Positions 61,655-64,000 of a stretch of DNA of 64,000 nucleotides are shown here, piece after piece. Source of the stretch: a virus; the IMG/VR virus record IMGVR_UViG_3300037089_000506; one strand, written 5' to 3'. Positions within the stretch are counted from its first letter, which is position 1, and the number at the start of each line of letters is the position of its first letter. The notes beneath the pieces were generated by a model. It saw only the letters and a list, made by a program, of their open reading frames with translations, had not been told where the DNA came from and ran no database searches. A program made the translations under genes and the position numbers.

Positions 61655-63976
61655 GTGAAAGATGAAGTCTCCAATATGATTTCTAGTGCTCCTATATCAA
61701 ACTACAACGGAGGAGAACCTAATTCTAAGTTCCAAGCTCCTCATGCAGGTGCTTCACCTAATTTAGGCAGATTTGGCTTTATTAGGAATTTGACCTCTAT
61801 TTATGGATTTAGAAGAGCTTCGCCTAATAAAAGAAATTCAGTTAATAATGTTGAATTCTTAAAAGTTGATGCTGGTAGTGACTTAAGATTAGCCCAAGCT
61901 AAAATAGGAAGAACATTTTCCACAAAATTATCAGGTAAACTTGAGGAACTCTTCAATAGTTGGTTACGTGATACTACCGATACTTATAAAATACTTGAAG
62001 ATAGAAATAGACGTATTTCTGAATTAGAATTTGCTATTACTAATGATCCTTTCCTTTCAATGGCTTCAGATATGTATGCAGACGAAGCTACACAAATTGA
62101 TGTTCAGGGTAAGTTAATTCAAATAGATTGTGCTGATATTAGAATGAAAGAAAAAATGGAGGACTTATTAGAACAGTGGGGGGTAACACAGAATAGATTA
62201 CGCTCTGTTGCTTGTAATTTAGCCTCCTATGGTGATGCTTTTTGGTCTAATAAAGTTACCAAGAATGGAGTAGTTAGAATAGTCCCTATTGGTATTCATC
62301 AGGTAAAAGAACGATTGGAATTTAATCCTGTACAAGTTCAAACAGATATATCATTACAAAAAGGATATTTAACAGCTATTAATCGTTCCTCTAAATTACA
62401 AGCATTATTTGATACTATAGAAGGTGAAGAGAATGAAGAATTTGCCGATCTCTTTGATACTCGCTTATTCGGCTTTGCTATTGATGATGATATGGTTGTG
62501 CCTCCATGGGCTGTTACTCACTTCAGATTAAATGTAGACCAATCAGAATTTGCCCCCATGGGACGTTCATTATTCCTAAAAGCATTGGCTCCATTTAGAC
62601 AATGTAACGCCACTATGGTATTACAATCCTTAGCCCGTGTTATGTCCTTTCCAGTAACAGTATATAATGTAAAAACTGCTCCTGGTATGGATGAAGCTTT
62701 GCAGTTTGATAAGATAAATCAGATTAGAGAGGAGTATGAACTTATTGGGGATTCTGGTGCTGGTACTGAGGCTTTTTCAGTAAATACAAAAATATGGGCT
62801 CCTGACGGATTACTACGACTTGAAATGCAGACACCTGATGTTGACATAAATGCTACTGGTGATATTGAAATGTACCAGGATCGTGTTGCTGTAGCTTCTG
62901 GCATTCCTAAAGGTTATTTGGTTCAAGAGTGGGGTGGGTTTGGTAATTCAGCTATATCTTTAGTTGAGCAATACAAGCCCTTCGCTAGAAGGGTATTCAC
63001 AATCCAATCTGCAATCCTAGAGGGATTGTCAAATTTATTTAGATTACATTTTGCTATTACAGGTGAATATGATTATCGTGAAGCTTTTATTCTTTCTATG
63101 AAATTTCCTAATGAGGAAACATCTGATGCTAGACAAGCAGCAAAACAAAATTCATTAAACTTATCTACACAAGTGCTACAAACTATAGCAGGTATTATTG
63201 GTGCTATCAATGATCCTTTACCTGCTGATGTAATTCAGGATATACTAACAAAATTTAGTTTCTTAGATCCTGATGATATTAAACGTTGGATAAAGCCTAA
63301 TCCTAATGCCAAAGAACATAATGAAGAGCAGCCCCCAGAGGAGTTTGGTGGTGGTATGGGTGGTGGTATGGGTGCGCCTATGGGTGGAGATATGGGTATG
63401 GGTGCTCCTCCTGAAGGTGAAGAAGGAATAGGGGGAGCTGGTGCTGGTGGTAGTATGGAAGCCCCCATTCCTGCTGCTGGGGGTGCTGGTGGAGCCCCAC
63501 AAGGTAATCCTTTAGCTATGGATGTTAATGGTAATAAGCAGGAAGCAGTCCTTCGGCATAGACGATATAGGATATTAGAGTCAAGATTACGTTTTGAAGA
63601 ACGGCAAAACACCTTAGTAAAACGTTTCACTGAAAATAAAGATTTTATACAAGAAAAAATAATTCATCAATTTGAACGAATTGATGAAGCCCAAATGAAT
63701 AATCGTCATTACAAGTATGCCCGTATTGAAAGCTGTTTAGAGCCTATGTATAGATTATTCTGTAAGAAAATAGAGCCTGCTATGTCACAACCTTTACAAG
63801 AAGATACTCAAGAAATCAAAAGAATTGAGGAGCAAAAAGAATACTCTAGAGATATTTTACGGACTGATAGTAGAAAATTCAACTGGAAGCATATAAAAGA
63901 AGGATTAAAAGAAGAAGAAGAAGTAAATACTGATGATGAAGAGCACTCTAAAAGGATTCATGATATCATTGACTAA
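61655..63976 (+). CDS. Portal protein (T4 gp20-like) with a G/P/M-rich and charged C-terminal extension
   Basis: ASDMYADEAT, NLASYGDAF, VTHFRL, GRSLF.KA..FRQ, VASGIPKGYL, FARRVFTIQ. Confidence 0.85.
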   Translation: MKDEVSNMISSAPISNYNGGEPNSKFQAPHAGASPNLGRFGFIRNLTSIYGFRRASPNKRNSVNNVEFLKVDAGSDLRLAQAKIGRTFSTKLSGKLEELFNSWLRDTTDTYKILEDRNRRISELEFAITNDPFLSMASDMYADEATQIDVQGKLIQIDCADIRMKEKMEDLLEQWGVTQNRLRSVACNLASYGDAFWSNKVTKNGVVRIVPIGIHQVKERLEFNPVQVQTDISLQKGYLTAINRSSKLQALFDTIEGEENEEFADLFDTRLFGFAIDDDMVVPPWAVTHFRLNVDQSEFAPMGRSLFLKALAPFRQCNATMVLQSLARVMSFPVTVYNVKTAPGMDEALQFDKINQIREEYELIGDSGAGTEAFSVNTKIWAPDGLLRLEMQTPDVDINATGDIEMYQDRVAVASGIPKGYLVQEWGGFGNSAISLVEQYKPFARRVFTIQSAILEGLSNLFRLHFAITGEYDYREAFILSMKFPNEETSDARQAAKQNSLNLSTQVLQTIAGIIGAINDPLPADVIQDILTKFSFLDPDDIKRWIKPNPNAKEHNEEQPPEEFGGGMGGGMGAPMGGDMGMGAPPEGEEGIGGAGAGGSMEAPIPAAGGAGGAPQGNPLAMDVNGNKQEAVLRHRRYRILESRLRFEERQNTLVKRFTENKDFIQEKIIHQFERIDEAQMNNRHYKYARIESCLEPMYRLFCKKIEPAMSQPLQEDTQEIKRIEEQKEYSRDILRTDSRKFNWKHIKEGLKEEEEVNTDDEEHSKRIHDIID

Positions 63977-64000
63977 CTTATTTAGTTTTATTTAGACTAA

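Noticed and set aside
1-64000. Stop-codon reassignment (code 15 or 4)
   Set aside because: Long genes are intact in code 11 and end in TAA, TAG and TGA; reading through the polymerase TAG hits TAA two codons later
1-64000. tRNA, rRNA, integrase or transposase
   Set aside because: No cloverleaf, rRNA-like or recombinase/transposase motif recognised by eye

Overview
This window is a 64-kb slice of a large, AT-rich (about one-third GC by eye), T4-like contractile-tailed phage genome. All three stop codons are used, so the genetic code is standard. The host cannot be named from the sequence. Layout: (1) 1-27.7 kb, minus strand: putative lysis membrane proteins, two decoration-type paralogs, two long tail fibres, baseplate (gp6/gp25-like), tail tube, sheath and a gp15-like protein. 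(2) 27.7-49.6 kb: two sigma-like factors, a DNA methyltransferase, a beta-clamp-like protein, Hsp20, an early cassette region with sigma70 promoters, class II RNR (nrdJ), an ATP-grasp protein, a GC-rich foreign island, a family-A DNA polymerase that stops before motifs B/C, and a polyvalent ADP-ribosyltransferase-like protein. (3) 49.6-58 kb, minus strand: GIY-YIG endonuclease, neck protein and a cluster of fibre/appendage genes. (4) 58-64 kb, plus strand: ART-kinase fusion, kinase, RecU-like resolvase, GIY-YIG endonuclease and portal. Most striking patterns not explained by gene names: a -10-only late promoter ACTAAN-T placed exactly 5 nt before the ATG of nine genes (leaderless mRNAs); a region-4-less sigma-like gene whose RBS would be hidden in a hairpin only on read-through transcripts; a conserved two-hairpin 5' UTR on two structural paralogs; one ~65-aa module inserted (sometimes nested) into at least seven different virion proteins; strong charge depletion of exterior virion proteins; and late-expressed ART/kinase effectors. 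All family assignments come from motif recognition by eye; no database search was run.
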